DNA of 64,000 nucleotides, from contig CM035355.1 of NCBI GenBank assembly GCA_020137815.1, forward strand, positions 5,642,001-5,706,000, read 5' to 3'. Shown in pieces: positions 46,001-61,000 of this stretch. A program made the position numbers and the translations under genes. Positions within the stretch are counted from its first letter, which is position 1. Every line of letters begins with the position of its first letter. The notes under the pieces are model-generated. The model was not told where the DNA came from. It saw only the letters and a program-made list of their open reading frames with translations, and did no database searches. The stretch comes from Hormiphora californensis. Taxonomy: Eukaryota > Animalia > Ctenophora.

Positions 46001-49000
46001 TGGGTTTAGCGTCACATCTGCAGGAGAATTATATTGGTTAGGTAACCATGGAAACGGTAGCACATCATTATTTGGAAGTGGAAGGGTAAATATTGAAGTG
46101 TTGGATCTGGAAAAATGACAACTTACTAAGAAGTCCAGCTTTAGCACTCTCCACCACAGCGGCATCAGCAACACCATTATCGTACGTCATCTGACAGTAG
46201 TAATACGCCTCATCAACATCCGTAACGTTCCTTATTGTTAGGGTAGAGGACGAGAAACCATTGGCATACGACACCGATCCTATAGTCTGTTCCCCTGGAG
46301 AGAATTGATATATAATTAGTCATCTGTCATCAGTTCAGGGTTTAGGGTTTAGTTCAGGGTTCAGTTCAGGGTTCAGGATTCAGGGTTCATTTACCTGTGA
46401 CAGACAGTAGCGCGTCGCTCTCCCCGTACTTGAACCAATTGACATCAGTAGCCGCCTCGCTGTCAGAGAAGAAACCGCAGGTAAACACATAATCAGACTC
46501 GTCGGTGTAGTTTGTAAATGTTTCAGGGATTGTGTCCACCGCTGGAGGATGTTAGATTGATGAAATTGCTGTAATATCATCGTGATGGAGGTTATTGGCA
46601 TTGAAATTTTAAGTTATCAGGTAATAGACAGTCATATAGTCTCACCAATATAGTAGAGAGTTCCATATTCAGTGTAGTTCGCATCCCCCTTCTCCGCCAT
46701 GACCCTGTACTCAGTAGCGGTAGTGTTATCAACCCCATTAACACTGATTGTCAGAGTTGTTCCTGTTTCAACAATATCCCCTCCATCCACACTGACCCAT
46801 CCACTGGTGGTATTGTACTCCGCGGTCAGGGTCAGGGAGTCATTCACATTGGACCACGTGTACACAAGAGTCACATTGCTATCCAGAGTTGCGTACGTGG
46901 ATGTCATTGAGCCCCCTGAGATATAGAGCTGTTTAATTTTCTATCAAATTTATATATGAAGGAAACTATTAAGTATTAGCTGAGCTGCACAAGAGACTCG
47001 AGTCTGAACAACTCGAGTCTGAACAACTCGAGTCTGAACAAGAGACTCGAGTCTGAACAAGAGACTCGAGTCTGAACAAGAGACTCGAGTCTGAACAAGA
47101 GACTCGAGTCTGAACAAGATACTACATAACGTCGTATGCGCTCAGCTTGGTTCGAAGAGGGCAGTGTGAGACAAGAAAAAGACAGATCTATAATAGCTAT
47201 ACGTACACTGAATGAGAAGTGTTAAGATGTCAGATTCCACCTCATTGCCATCATACTCAGCAAAACAATCATAGTCAGCCTCATCCCCATCCTCAAGAGA
47301 GGAGATAACGAGAGTGGAGGATGTTTCATGGGTAGTGAGACTGTAGGAACTAGTGGTGATGTACTTGCTACCATCTGCTGTTATTGCAGTTCCATCCATG
47401 TACCACCCGATACTGAGGAAAGGGGGGAGTTAGTATGAACATCATCAAGCAGGTATATAAAGTCGGACTCAACATCAAGCAGGTCGGACTCCGATTTACC
47501 GGGATAAGCTCATACTCGTGGGAAAGAGCCCGGTAAATTTAATGGGTCTGACTGAAGTCGACTATACTTTAGTGGCGCAGTCACCTCACTCGGCTCACGC
47601 TTGTTTTGCCGCGTTACGCACAGCCTCAGTTGTAAGGGTGACTGGGTCACACCAATTACTACAGCGGTACAAACTTTTTAAATTCGAATTACAACTCACG
47701 AGGTAGCTTCTGAGTTGGCGAAAGCAGCACATGACATGGTAACTGAGTCACCACCGTACGGTGCACTAGCCACACTTGGCGGTGACACAAAACCTGCAGA
47801 GAATAGATTGATGTTATAGGGATATTTTAATTCAGCCAATGCAGAGCGAATATGATTTTGATGCTGGTTTCTGTAGGATTTACCGATGAAGGCGACGGTA
47901 GCGTTGTTGGTCTGAGAGTAATCTGAGCTGGAGTTGAACACACACCACCATTCATCGTCACTTTCATACTCGATTGGCTGCAGGTGTTGATGGTAACATG
48001 TTAGTATTAGGTGAGACAACAAGACAGAAATTCACAGTATTATAATCAACTGAATGTACAATGTATATTTCATTGCATGTAAAATGTAATTATACACAAT
48101 GTACTCAATAGTCAATGTACTGAATGTACAATGCAATGAATATATCAAATATTAGCTTCGTACCACAGCATGATCCAGTGTAACTCGTCCTCCACTCTCC
48201 GAAGCAGTAGCCTGCTCTCCATCACTTGTTCATCAGTGTCACCACTACCCCCTCACCCGAAGGGACGGTGGCATCGCAAGACAGGGTCAGGGTACTTGAA
48301 ACTCCATCGTATAGTTTAGTGTAACTAGGTAGTCTGGCATCAAAACCATATCCTGTTACCGCCGTGGTAAATGATAACTCGTCAACCCCCCAAACACCCT
48401 GGTGAAAGTGAAACGTTAGGATCACTCTGAAATATTAAAATATGTGATCCTGATCGGTTAGCCAACATGATATATGTGACTTCTTCATATAATCCTTTTT
48501 TATAATCCGACCAAAGCCGCAACGGTCTCACGAAATTTATAGAAAAATTCGGAAATTTAAAACATCGAGGATTGCGGAAAGGAGCGGATATTATAACCAC
48601 ATAATAATTCAAACCTTGCATGTGATATTATCCATGGTAGCAGTAGTATAGGACAGGTAGGTTAGTTCAGCAGAATGGGTCGTATCATCTATACTGGTTA
48701 GATTAGTGGTGAACTCGTATTCGGAACTAGAGGTGAACTCAGTGTCGTTGTAGTACCACACCACACTATCCTGTTATAGAGGAGGGAGATTATCACAGGG
48801 TTAGTGACGCCATGTGTCAGACCATATTTGGGCATACGTGTTTAGAGGAGAAAAGAGGGAGATTAGAGGGAGAGTAGAGGGAGATTAGAGGGAGATAAGA
48901 GGGAGATAAGAGGAGATTAGAGGGAGATTAGAGGGAGATAAGAGGGAGATTAGAGGAGATTAGAGGGAGATTAGAGGGAGATTAGAGGGAGATTAGAGGG

Positions 49001-52000
49001 AGATTAGAGGGTGATTAGCAGATTAGAGGGTGATTAGAGGGAGATTAGAGGGAGATTAGAGGGAGATTAGAGGGAGATTAGTGGAGATTAGAGGGAGATT
49101 TGAGGGAGATAAGAGGAGATAAGAGGGAGATTAGAGGGAGATTAGAGGGAGAGTAGACAAATCGCATGGTGCAGGGTTAGTGGTCACGTCACGTGGTGAC
49201 CATTATATTTGGGCACAAATACTTTACTTACGGGAGTATCAGAGTCAAATTCACAGGTGATTGTGGTAGTGAAGCCACTCCAGATAGTTGTAGTGCTATC
49301 AATGCTTCCAGCTGAAAATATAAAGCGTGTAAACTATAGAATTTTAATTCCATATTTGATATGGCAAAAAATTATCTTGTCTTCCTTCAGACAACTAAAA
49401 TACAACATTAGCTCTAGACAATTCTAGTTGAAACTCTCACCTCTAGTTGGTAGAGTTCAGACAACTAAAATACAACTTTATCAATTACTTCTATTTGGTA
49501 GAGTGAATGTTCTGGTTTCCACCTGACTGCTCTCCAAGAACACAATCATACAAGTGATGGGTGTCACAGTCCCCGTGTAAACTGACACATAGGTGTTACT
49601 AGAATTGCTCGCACTGACACCATAGGTGATGGTTCCGTTTGATGCTGAGAGAGAGGGTTGGTTAGTGATATGCTGCAACTTTGGGGTGTCACGGGTACTT
49701 AGCGGAGAGCTATCTAGAGTGACTCTCTAGATAGCTCTCTAGATTCTAGACCCTTATATGGTCATTTTTAGGGCCCTTATCTTATATGGGAGGGAGGTGT
49801 AAAGTATGTCTATATACCTTCCCAAGAGATAGTGGGAGCAGCAGACAAGATAGTTTCAACGGAACAGCTGACAGTTGCATCGTTTCCATCATTATGATAC
49901 ACCATCTCATCCGAGGTTGTGATATCTGAGGAGAGAGAGGAAGGGTGATATCAGATCTGATTGTAGGTGATATCTGAGGAGAGAGAGGAAGGGTGATATC
50001 AGATCTGATTGTAGGTGATATCTGAGGAGAGAAGAAGGGTGATATCAGATCTGATTGTAGGTGATATATCTGAGGAGAGAGGAAGGGTGATATCAGATCT
50101 GATTGCAGGTGATATCTGAGGAGAGAGGAAGGGTGATATCTGATTGGGTGATATATAGGAGTGTTCTGGCATCAAAAAGTCACTCACAATTGGTGATCAC
50201 CGATAGATCTTCACTCACAATTGGTGATCACCGATAGATCTTCACTTACTTGGTGATCACCGATAGATTCACTAACTTGGTGATCACCGATAAATTCACT
50301 AACTTGGTGATCACCGATAAATTCACTAACTTGGTGATCACCGATAGATTCACTTACTTGGTGATCACCGATAGATTCACTTACTTGGTGATCACCGATA
50401 GATTCACTTACTTGGTGATCACCGATAGATTCACTTACTTGGGGTAGAGAGGGAGCCGGTATTAGATGTAGAGTTCTCGTTGTCCCCGTCCAGGATCGCA
50501 CAATAGAACGTACTGTTAAATTTATCTTCCGTCACTGCAGAGGAAAATTGTGATTATGATTCATAATCTATACTGACCTATACTTGTTCAGAATTATAGG
50601 GGTAGTTGTAGTTAGGGGTAGTTGTTAGGGGTATTTGTACTTTGTAGTTAGGGAAAGTTAGCTTCGAACTAGGGAGAAATCAGATAAGGGGGATAAGGGT
50701 ATTTGGAAGTATTTACTGTTTTTGATGATTGATCAAACATAAAAGTTGAAAAATGCCGTGAGATGAAACCAATCCTTACCAGTAGAAACCCTAGCTGAAA
50801 CCCATGACCACAATTCCTGCCTACTCACCCAAATTAATATATCTTCACCTTCAAGTAGAAAGCGTTTTTCTCAAAACTTTTAGAGATATACCCTTTCTAC
50901 TTGAAGGTGATGATATATGCCACCCATCCCAACCACAATGATCCCTATAATGCTCCCTACCGTTCAATTCCCTAATTGATCCCTACCATTCAATTCCCTA
51001 ATTGATCCCTACCATTCATGGTGTAAGTGTAAGGCATCTTGCTACCAACAGCAGTGCCGTTAGTAGTCATATCCTCTGTGCTCTCCGTTCCATTTGGATA
51101 TACCTCCACAAACACGATATCATAGGAGCTGACAGTTGTGGTAGTAGTTAGCCAGCAGGTAAAGGTTTTATCTGCATCGCTCACCGTCTCGTTATTGTCA
51201 TCATCCCACTCAATTGCGAGGACAGTAATGGCAACAGTAGCGGAGAGAGTTGTACTACTGGCGGTGGTGGCATTACACTCAAAGGTTCCTTCGTGGATGT
51301 AATAGGAGGGTGTGGAGATGATGAAGGTCGTGGATTGTTCGTAGTTGGCCCATGTCCCAGTATCGATTGAGTATTGGGAAGTCGAGACAGGGACTTGCAA
51401 TCCACCATAGTACCTGTAAAAGAGATAGATATTTTTATGAAGGAGCACTTCGTCAGTCGTCGCTGGTTATTGGACAATGTGATGGAAGTACATATTACCA
51501 TGTGATATCTGAAGGTTCGTCACCAATATAATCACATGCTAAAGTGATAGCAACACCAGCCAATGTTGCAATTGTGTCGTTCACGGCCGTTATGTCATCT
51601 GCAGCGAAATGTAATTAGTGTTAGGTTATAGAGAACTATTGATATATATGTATAGTATAGGGAACTGATACACACATGCAGTCCCCTTACTTAAAATAGT
51701 TGTGGACATGATGCAGGATGCAGCTCAAGTATAATACCTGAATTCCAAATGTAAATCGGGTCAGACTCCAGACCAGCCGCACTAAGACAATAGTACTCTT
51801 CTAAAACACCATCATCAGGTGCATCAATTGAAAACATAGTAGACATAACATCCACCTCCGTGCCAGTTCCATCATCCCCAACTTGATACAAATCAGAGTT
51901 CAGACCGTTGCTAAGGATACAGGTCACCAAAACTGAGCTCCCGTTGGTTGCCTGGCTTGTAGGTTGGGTTGAGTAGTACTCGGACAGGACGGTCACGTTA

Positions 52001-55000
52001 ATACTGTCGGATGTTACATTGACTGAGGCACGGGCAAAGACAAAGGAACAGGAGTAGATAGTGTCTCCCAGAACCTGGAGAGTAGGTAATTATGGGTTAT
52101 AGTTAGGATTTGAGGAGGGATTAAGAGTGGGGTGGAGATGCGTTGGAATTAATTAACTAGCAATTAGTAATTAGTAATTAGTAGTTTAATTACCATGGTC
52201 TGGTTAAGAAGTACTGAGGTAGTAGTTCCAGAATCATAACTCTCTGTAGAGGAATCACTGTTCACGCTACCATCTTGGTACCTGAAAATGGCAATTAGTT
52301 GAATGTTAACTAATTATCACTAACATAAAAACTGATGATTATTAATTAAATATGATTAATATAAAAACTGTGACATACCATGACACAGTGGCCTCCTCGT
52401 CACCGAATACAGAGCAGGTAATATTAATCTCGGCGTCAACGTATGAGGTCAGAGGACCAGGGTCAGTCGTATCAGCTGCGGATGGGTGAAATAAAAAGTC
52501 GATAATATTTGGTAAATAATATCTGTTTGGTTTTCTGTAAAATAGAGCGGGTCACTTGATCCTATACATCTAGATAATTACAAATGGGTGTAACGGTTAC
52601 CATGGTAACCTAGATACTTACAAATGGGTGTAACGGTTACCATGGTAACCTAGATACTTACAAATGGGTGTAACCGTTGCCATGGTAGTCATGGTGCCTG
52701 CCATATAGTTCCCATTCTCAGTGAAGGTAGCTTCACACTCGTACTGCGTCGTTTCAGATGGAGCTATGGGGGGGGGGGAATTAAGTAATTAGTCGTGACC
52801 TAATAATTGAATTATCGAAGTAACCATGCTTGGTATTACCATGGTAACCATGGTAACCATGGTAACCATATTATATACCTGTTGATATCTCAATGGTGGA
52901 TTGGGTATCATCTCCGATCTCCGTCTCTGTTGAGCTCACTGTGGCTGAAGTTACCAACTAAGGGATGGAGAAATGTTAGTATCATTTCTCCCCCATATCA
53001 ACCAATACAATAACCGCGTTTGGTGATGAAAAAAACGTGAAACGTGGATTATAAGAGTGACAAGTATTTCACTCCCCCTTCCTAACAGTTCAGCTACTCA
53101 CGTTAGTCCAATGCTCTAACTGTGTCTACTCACGTTAGTCCATGCTATAGAGTCCAGGTTATCCAGCGTTTCAACAGTACATGTCAGGGTTATCGTTCCA
53201 GAATAGTAGCCAATGTCTCCCGGCTCCTCTACCCACGCTATATTGAAACACACAGAATATTATAAGGGGTATTGGAATACACAGTTGAGTATGTTAGGGG
53301 TATGTGTGAAATGTTAGGGAATCCAATCTCTCTAAAAATGACATGTTGCATGGTGTTACAAGGTGTTGCAAAACACGTGCTGCAGTTATCACCAAGAACC
53401 GACCGAATCAGGAAATACTGGTCGCTGATTGGCTGATAACCAGTCACGTGACCTAAATAACGAGTTCTGATTGGAATTGTTACTTGGTTCGGTCGGTTCC
53501 TGGTTATCACTAACCGGTAACAGCAACAGTAGTAACATCAGAGTTATCTGTTCCTCCACTATCAGCCTCCACACATGAACACGTGTATGTCTGGTTACCG
53601 TTAGACTCGTGGCTAACAGTCAGAACACTGAGGGGTAACATTGGGGTAACACGTGTAGGTCTGGTTACCGTTAGACTCGTGGTTAACACTCAAAACACTA
53701 GATAGATATGGTGAAGAGGAAACATTGGGGGATCAAATGGGGGATCAAATGGGGGATCAAATGGGGGGGGGGGGTAACATAGATGGTAAGTGGTAAAATG
53801 TGTGCCTCAATATTATTGAAGGCTCATATTGAAGTCCTCTGGATGGATATGGAGCAGGAACCGACCGAATCAGGAAATACTGGTCCCTGATTGGCTGATA
53901 ACCAGTCACGTGACCTAAATAACGAGTTCTGATTGGTTGTTTACTTGTTTCGGTCGGTTCCTGATATGGAGGTATGAATCCCATGATAACAGCAGTTGGA
54001 ACTTGAAAAATATTGATCACAGTTCACACCTACCTCTCTTGTATGTAGGAATTAACTGTACTATTTGTGATACCACTGTCCACCAAAGTGCTGTTCAGAT
54101 ACCATTCAATAGTACCAGTTGTAGAGTCCTCAAACTGGCATTGACACGTGAGACTGTACGTGCTGTTCTCAGGGTATATGTATGTGGTGTTTGGCTGGCT
54201 ATACACACCTGTGTAGGGGCAATAAATTAGTTAGTATCCCTTGTTATCTCCTAACAATTTTAGTATCCCCTTGTTATTTTCTAACCCTCCTTCGCGGAGT
54301 GTGGTGCAGTGATCCTAATAACTTTAGCAGCCATCACCTAGTCGGCTATACTAGATTGTATATAAAACTGAGCTGTAATCAGTACATACCTAGCTACTAG
54401 ATTGTACATATATAAAACTGAGCTGTACAGTATTAGTACAGTATTGAGCTGTAATCAGTACAGTACTGAGCTGTAATCATATATCAGTACAATAGTACAT
54501 ACCGAAACCATAAACAGAGGGTCCACTACCGACGTCCAATGTCGTATTCCCAATGCTAGTGTCTCCATAGGTGAAATATGGGTCAAACTGAATGATTCCC
54601 TCGCTCGCATCAAGCCCAGTTATCTCTAATACACTTGTAAACACTTCCGATCCAATGGTGTTAGTCACCACTGTTACTCTGTGGGATTATATATGCCGGG
54701 ATGTTATTAAGTGGTTATTAAGTAGTTACTAAGTGGTTATTAAGTGGTTATTAAGTGGTTACCAAGTGGATACTGAGTGGTTATTAAGTGGTTACTAAGT
54801 GGTTACTAAGTGGTTACTAAGTGGTAATTCTATCCAGGGGGCACCGTGGAGAAGATGCGGGAAAAGAAAAAGGTGATTTTTTATATTTCTCCTGGGCATT
54901 TTATGGGAGTGGAGGTGTAGAAATGGCGTGGCTGCAATTTCAAACAACAAAGTGGTCCCCTTCTTATTATCTCTCATTTATGAACTCTCATTTCATGTCT

Positions 55001-58000
55001 AAAGTCGCGCTGGCAAGGGAGGGGTTACTTCGTTACCAAGGTACGTACAGAGTAGAAGCGGAACTGGGAGCGCCCCAGTCCATAGTAGCATATCCAGACA
55101 GTTCATCGGGGTAGGAGATTAGTGCGGTAAATGTAAGTGTTGCTGCCTCTCCCTTGTAGTATGTGCTACTCAGGGATGGACTGAGAGATTCAACAGCTGC
55201 AGGGGGAAGAATTTAGAGTCATAATAATTGTAGAGTCATTAGGCTACCGGATTAAATCTCCGAACTGATAATGAAAGAAATGATTAGGAACCACGTAAAT
55301 TTTCGGATCTGTTCCTTGTGACCAATCACAGAGCAGAACAGCTCCACTACGTGTCATATGTGCAGCTTTTCTGAGAGCTGTGATTGGTCGAAACAGGTAT
55401 AACGAGCTGTGATTGGTTGAAACAGGTATAACGAGCTGTGATTGGTCGAAACAGGTATAACGCGCTGTGATTGGTTGAAACAGGTATAACGAGCTGTGAT
55501 TGGTCGAAACAGGTATAACGAGCTGTGATTGGTCGAAACAGGTATAACGAGGTGTGATTGGTTGAAACAGGTATAACGAGCTGTGCAGATCTAAACATTT
55601 CCAAGGTCGCCCAATGATCTGGTATATACTAACACAAGATGGTTGGGGTGGCGGCGTCTGATTCGGGATTCAGTCCATCGTCAAAATAGGCCGTGCAGAC
55701 GAAGGTAGAGGTTGAGTAGTCAGCGAAGGAGAGATCAAACTCAGATGTAGTGAGACTGGATGTTGATGTGTATGTATTTGTTGGGGTCACCTAGGAGATT
55801 AATTAGTATTATACTGGATTAGTGTGGATCGGAGCTGCTGCGCTGGCAAGCACAGTTCAGTTGTTGAATTGTTAACATACTTTATGATACAGTGTCAGGC
55901 GGCAGAGAAGTTGCCAGTGATTGTAATTGTTTTTTTTATTGCCCTGACAATTTTAGCTTTGTTATAGGTACCAAGCGTGACGTCATGTGGTCTTTGCATG
56001 TGAGACGTGATTTGTGAGTGACCTAGAGCATGTTTAACTCCAAGTTTCGACAATATCTTGTGTTCAGGTTCAGTTACTGCCATGCACAGTTGTGAAACCA
56101 ACGTCACAGTTCTGTATACTGGCATGCACAGTTCTGTACATGAATTATATCCTCTTCAGCTGGCATGCAGTGCAAGGGACCAAGGGACCGGTACAAATGA
56201 AATCATCAAAAAAACTTCAAAACATACCATGCATACATGTGGTAACTATCTAAAATATCTTCTTCCACTTACATCAATAACCGTTCCATTAGCAGTCCAC
56301 GTTACGTGGTCAAGTTCTTCGGAGGCGTAGATGGTGGCAGAAACGGTGAAATTGTTGGAATTACCTTTTACTGCCAACAAATTACCCATCTCTATATCTG
56401 CACAGAGAGAGTTTGAGATTCATCATCAATGAAACGACGAAATAATCAGTAAACGTACAGTGAGTACACTGTACTCAGTACAGTCAGCTGAAAGTAATTA
56501 CACTTACAGTATATAGTCAGGAATTAGTAAATACACTTACAGTATATAGTAAGGACAGCTCCAGAGGTTGTAGCACTAATAGTATCGGTACTATAGTTTG
56601 CAGTACACCGGTAAAGGCCCTCGTCAGTGGATTCCAGTCCAGTAATTACCAACTCTGTTGTCTGCTCATTGACCCCGTCAGACAGAGTATCAGATGTGGT
56701 CACAGTCACAGCTGAGGAGGAGGAGGAGGAGGCGATATTGGGGAAATCAGATATTTTATTTGATTGTCCCGGGGTTGAATACAAAATACAAAATAGGGAA
56801 AAATGGTAGGGTGGTTCCCTGCTCATTTCATAATGAACTCATTGGGTAACAGGGAAGTAATAGCCCACCCCAATTATATTATCATGACAATCATTGCTCA
56901 CGGTGCTCCTGAAGGACGGTCAACCTCGACCAGAGCCCCTAGCCAAACCACCGGTTGTGTGACCTAGAGGGGACCTCTGGGAACCGTGGAGCACCGGTTA
57001 GAAAAATATATGGCTGGGGCCTTAGCCGGAAAATTGATAGAACGATAGCTATCGTTTTTTTCACTTGAACAACACGACCTTTTCAAAAATAATTCCTTGA
57101 TCAGCAAGATATAGTGTACCCCCACCTATTTTTTGACGTAGAATCGAATGCCGTTGAAGTCAAATCTCTAAAATGTTGGAAAAATGGTGAAAATCGCGTC
57201 TTTAGGTGTTTTTTGGTGAAAAAAGCGTTCAAACTGGTATAGATGATGAGATAGAGTCCCAAAAGTATGACAAATCGCTTTTTTGGGACCTTTTCGCCCT
57301 AGCAGCAGATTTTTATGAAAATCTGGTACAGCGCCTATTCTCCGTATACTTTCAAAGAAGGTGAATATTGCTCTAATTTCGCCAATTGTGAAGAAAAGTC
57401 ATCCAAAACAGTACTAGATGATGAGATAGTGTCCCAAAAATATGTTTAATCGATTTTTTGGGTCTTTTTCGTCTTAAAAACAAATTTGCATCGCGGTCGG
57501 ATGATATGTTTCCTCTCGGTAGGCCTCTGAAGTAGGTGGAAATAGCCAAAATATAGCGATTGCGGCAAATGAATGTGAAAAACGTGTACCAAACCCACTT
57601 TAGGATCATGTATAATGGCTCTTGCACAGTCCAGTAGCCCAGAGATAGGTCATACATGATGCTAAAGTGGGTTTGGTAAACGGTATTCACATTCATTTGC
57701 CGCAATCGCTATATTTTGGCTATTTCCACCTACTTCAGAGGCCTACGGAGAGGAAACATATCATCCGACCGCCATGCAAATTTGTTTCTAAGGCGAAAAA
57801 TACCCAAAAAATTGCTTAGACATATTTTTGGGACACTATCTCATCATCTAGTACTGTTTTGGATGACTTTTCTTCAAAATTGGCGAAATTAGAGCAATAT
57901 TCACCGCCTTTGAAAGTATACGGAGAATAGGCACTGTCCCAGATTTTCATAAAAATCTGCTTCTAGGGCGAAAAGGTCCCAAAAAAGCGATTTGTCATAC

Positions 58001-61000
58001 TTTTGGGACTCTATCTCATCATCTATACCAGTTTGAACGCTTTTTTCACCAAAAAACACCTAAAAACGCGATTTTCACCATTTTTCCAACATTTTAGAGA
58101 TTTGACTTCAACGGCATTCGATTCTACGTCAAAAAATAGGTGGGGGTACACTATATCTTGCTGATCAAGGAATTAATTTTGAAAAGGTCGTGTTGTTCAA
58201 GTGAAAAAAACGATAGCTATCGTTCTATCAATTTTCCGGCTAAGGCCCCAGCCATATATTTTTCTAACCGGTGCTCCACGGTTCCCAGAGGTCCCCTCTA
58301 GGTCACACAACCGGTGGTTTGGCTAGGGGCTCTGGTCGAGGTTGACCGTCCTTCAGGAGCACCGTGTGCTATACATACTTGATAGTTAATTAATTAATTA
58401 ATTAATAGTTAATTATCATTGCTATACATACTTGATAGACTGGTATTGACGGCAGTGTAGGAAGCTCCAGTAGTAAGAGAAGCAACTTCCCACTCTACGG
58501 AGTCTGGTTCTCCTTTGAATACAGCGGTAAGGGTAATGGAGCCACCTTGGGCTCCCGTTAATGCACTGGGATCAGTTACAACCCCTGAAAGGAGAGGAAG
58601 GAATGTTGAAATTATTTCTTGACATGGGGGGGACTCAGGACTGATGGAAAGTTGGGCAGGTTTGAATAACTTTGCGGCGGAGTAAAATACACGTATTTAC
58701 CGTCAACGGTGAGGATTCCTTCGATTGAGGTGATAGTGGTGGTGGTATCACCATACGTCACCACACACGAGTATTGTCCACTGTCGGATACAGTTACAGA
58801 GGATAGAACCAGTTCAGAAGTTGTAGTAGGATTGCCGTCCGTCGTTGTGATACCTGAGAAAAGTTTTGTATTGAGATGTAACACACGAAGTGTGTGGGTT
58901 AATAACGAAGTAACCCAAAATCCCTTTCCAGCGCGTGTGTGGGTGACCATGGCGGGAGTCATGAAGTTTTGTAGATAATCCCAGAACACAAATCCCAGAA
59001 TGACGAATGAAAGAGGAAGTAAAAAATGAATGACAAAAGACAAAATGACCCAAAGGAATGGACGATCAACTGTCAAAGAATCACTCACCGGAAGTAATCT
59101 CGGAGCCGGAGAGGTACCACTGGAAGGAGCTAACATTGTTGAAGGATGAACTATTAGAGGGTGTATCCACTGCACAACTCAGGGTGACTGCATCACCCAC
59201 CTCAACTATGTCATCGGCTGGGTAATCGGTGAATCCCACATCTGCAATAGAAAGAGGGGTAGTAGACAGATCATTTAAAGGACGTGCAATAACAGTAAAA
59301 ACAAAGGCTCATCCTTTGGGATTGTTTCTTTTCCTCCTGGTAAACCCCTTAATTCAGTAAAGTACCGACTACAGTAGCTATGCACTAGTTTAATTGGTGT
59401 CCAATAGTATACCTAGGACGGTGGCGGTGATAACTCCATCATCTGTCTCGGAGGAACTGGTGTTCAGGCTTGTTGCGGTACATGTTATAGTAGCTGTGGA
59501 ACTCAGCGTGAACTCAGCTACCGACTCCGTCCTGATCAGGGGTTATATATACAGTACGTTATACTACAAGATGCAGGAACTATATAGTTACCAAACAACG
59601 GTTACCATGGTAACTATAATATAGTGGTAACTATGGTAACTATAAAGTATAATATACTGGTAATTATGGTAACCATGGTAACTACTCACGCGACATATCC
59701 ACTGTAGGTAGTTTCACTTGTAACGGCAGTTGAATCAGGGGATGGGCTCCAGGCGAATGTTGCACTACCTTTAGCATAACACGTGAGTGTAGAGGTTGCA
59801 CTCACTATCATGTCAATATCACCACTGGTAGCAGTCACAGCTAAAAGAGAGTGGGATACGCTGTCAGGAGGGGAAGGGGAAGGAAGGGGAAGGAGAAGGA
59901 AGGGAAGGGGAGGGAAGGGGAGCGCGAACACAGAGGGGTGCCCAAGGGGTGGGTTGCGTGAGAAGAGAGGGTCGTACCACAACTCAAATCATAAATCCAC
60001 AACTCACAAAACATGTTGACAGTTTTGGTGCCCGATGTGATGGCTCCAATGGTAAAATAGGTCACTTCACAGGTATAATCGCCCTCATCTGTATCACTCA
60101 TACTGCTCACCGTGTAGACGCTCGAACTTGTGTCCGTTCCATCGACCGTATTTGCTCCTGAGAAGACAAAAATGTTAGCCAGCGGTCACGACTGACGGGA
60201 CTTTAAAAACAAACAGCCCATTCCGAAAGAGATCCCGGCGAGAGAAAGTGCTTGTTACCAAGAGACAACAATCCTACTAGCCAGACGGATCAAAAGATCG
60301 CCACGCAAGGCCTAACAGGCATCACGTTTAATATGCTATTACACGTGACACTAATTATGTTAACTAATACCTGAGATGCTAGTTCCATCAAGGTACCATT
60401 CAACAGTGTTAACAGAATAGTCATCACTGTTTGTATACACACAGCTCAGTGTCACAGCTTCACCCTCTTTTATGTACTCTTCAGTCACATCAAACTCAAC
60501 CGCTGAAAAGTATTGTCATGAAATGAGACAGCTGATATCAGGATTACCTATATCCGAGATCTACCCTTTACTTTGTATGTTTCCCCCTGGTGGTGGTGAG
60601 AGAGAAAGTTAAATATCAGCTAGTAGAGACGATATTACAAATTTTATTCTGTATAGCTTGCAATAAATGATGGACTTCATTTTTTTAACATTCCGGTTGG
60701 AATATGCTAAGCATTCACGTGGAATAGTACTATTCTAATAAGCTTGTTATTAAAGTCTTTTCATATGCACTGATTTCTGCTTTCTTGCATCTACTATTTT
60801 AAAAAAAATGTCTTTAGAACTCAAAGTCGAATATATATGCAGATAAATACGGACTGCAATAACAACTAACTTTTGTATCTAAAAAACGAAAGAGAAAGGA
60901 AAACTTACAAAGGGTAGCGATAGTAACATTGCTAGATTCCTCTGTGCTGTCTCCGGAGAAGACCACCTCGCAGTTATAATCAGTATCACTTGCACCAATA

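Noticed and set aside
56899-58366. V(D)J-like recombination system in an Ig gene
   Set aside because: Ends are symmetric (23/23), the nonamer lacks its A-tract, the TSD marks an ordinary intronic insertion, and there is no RAG-like ORF or segment library.
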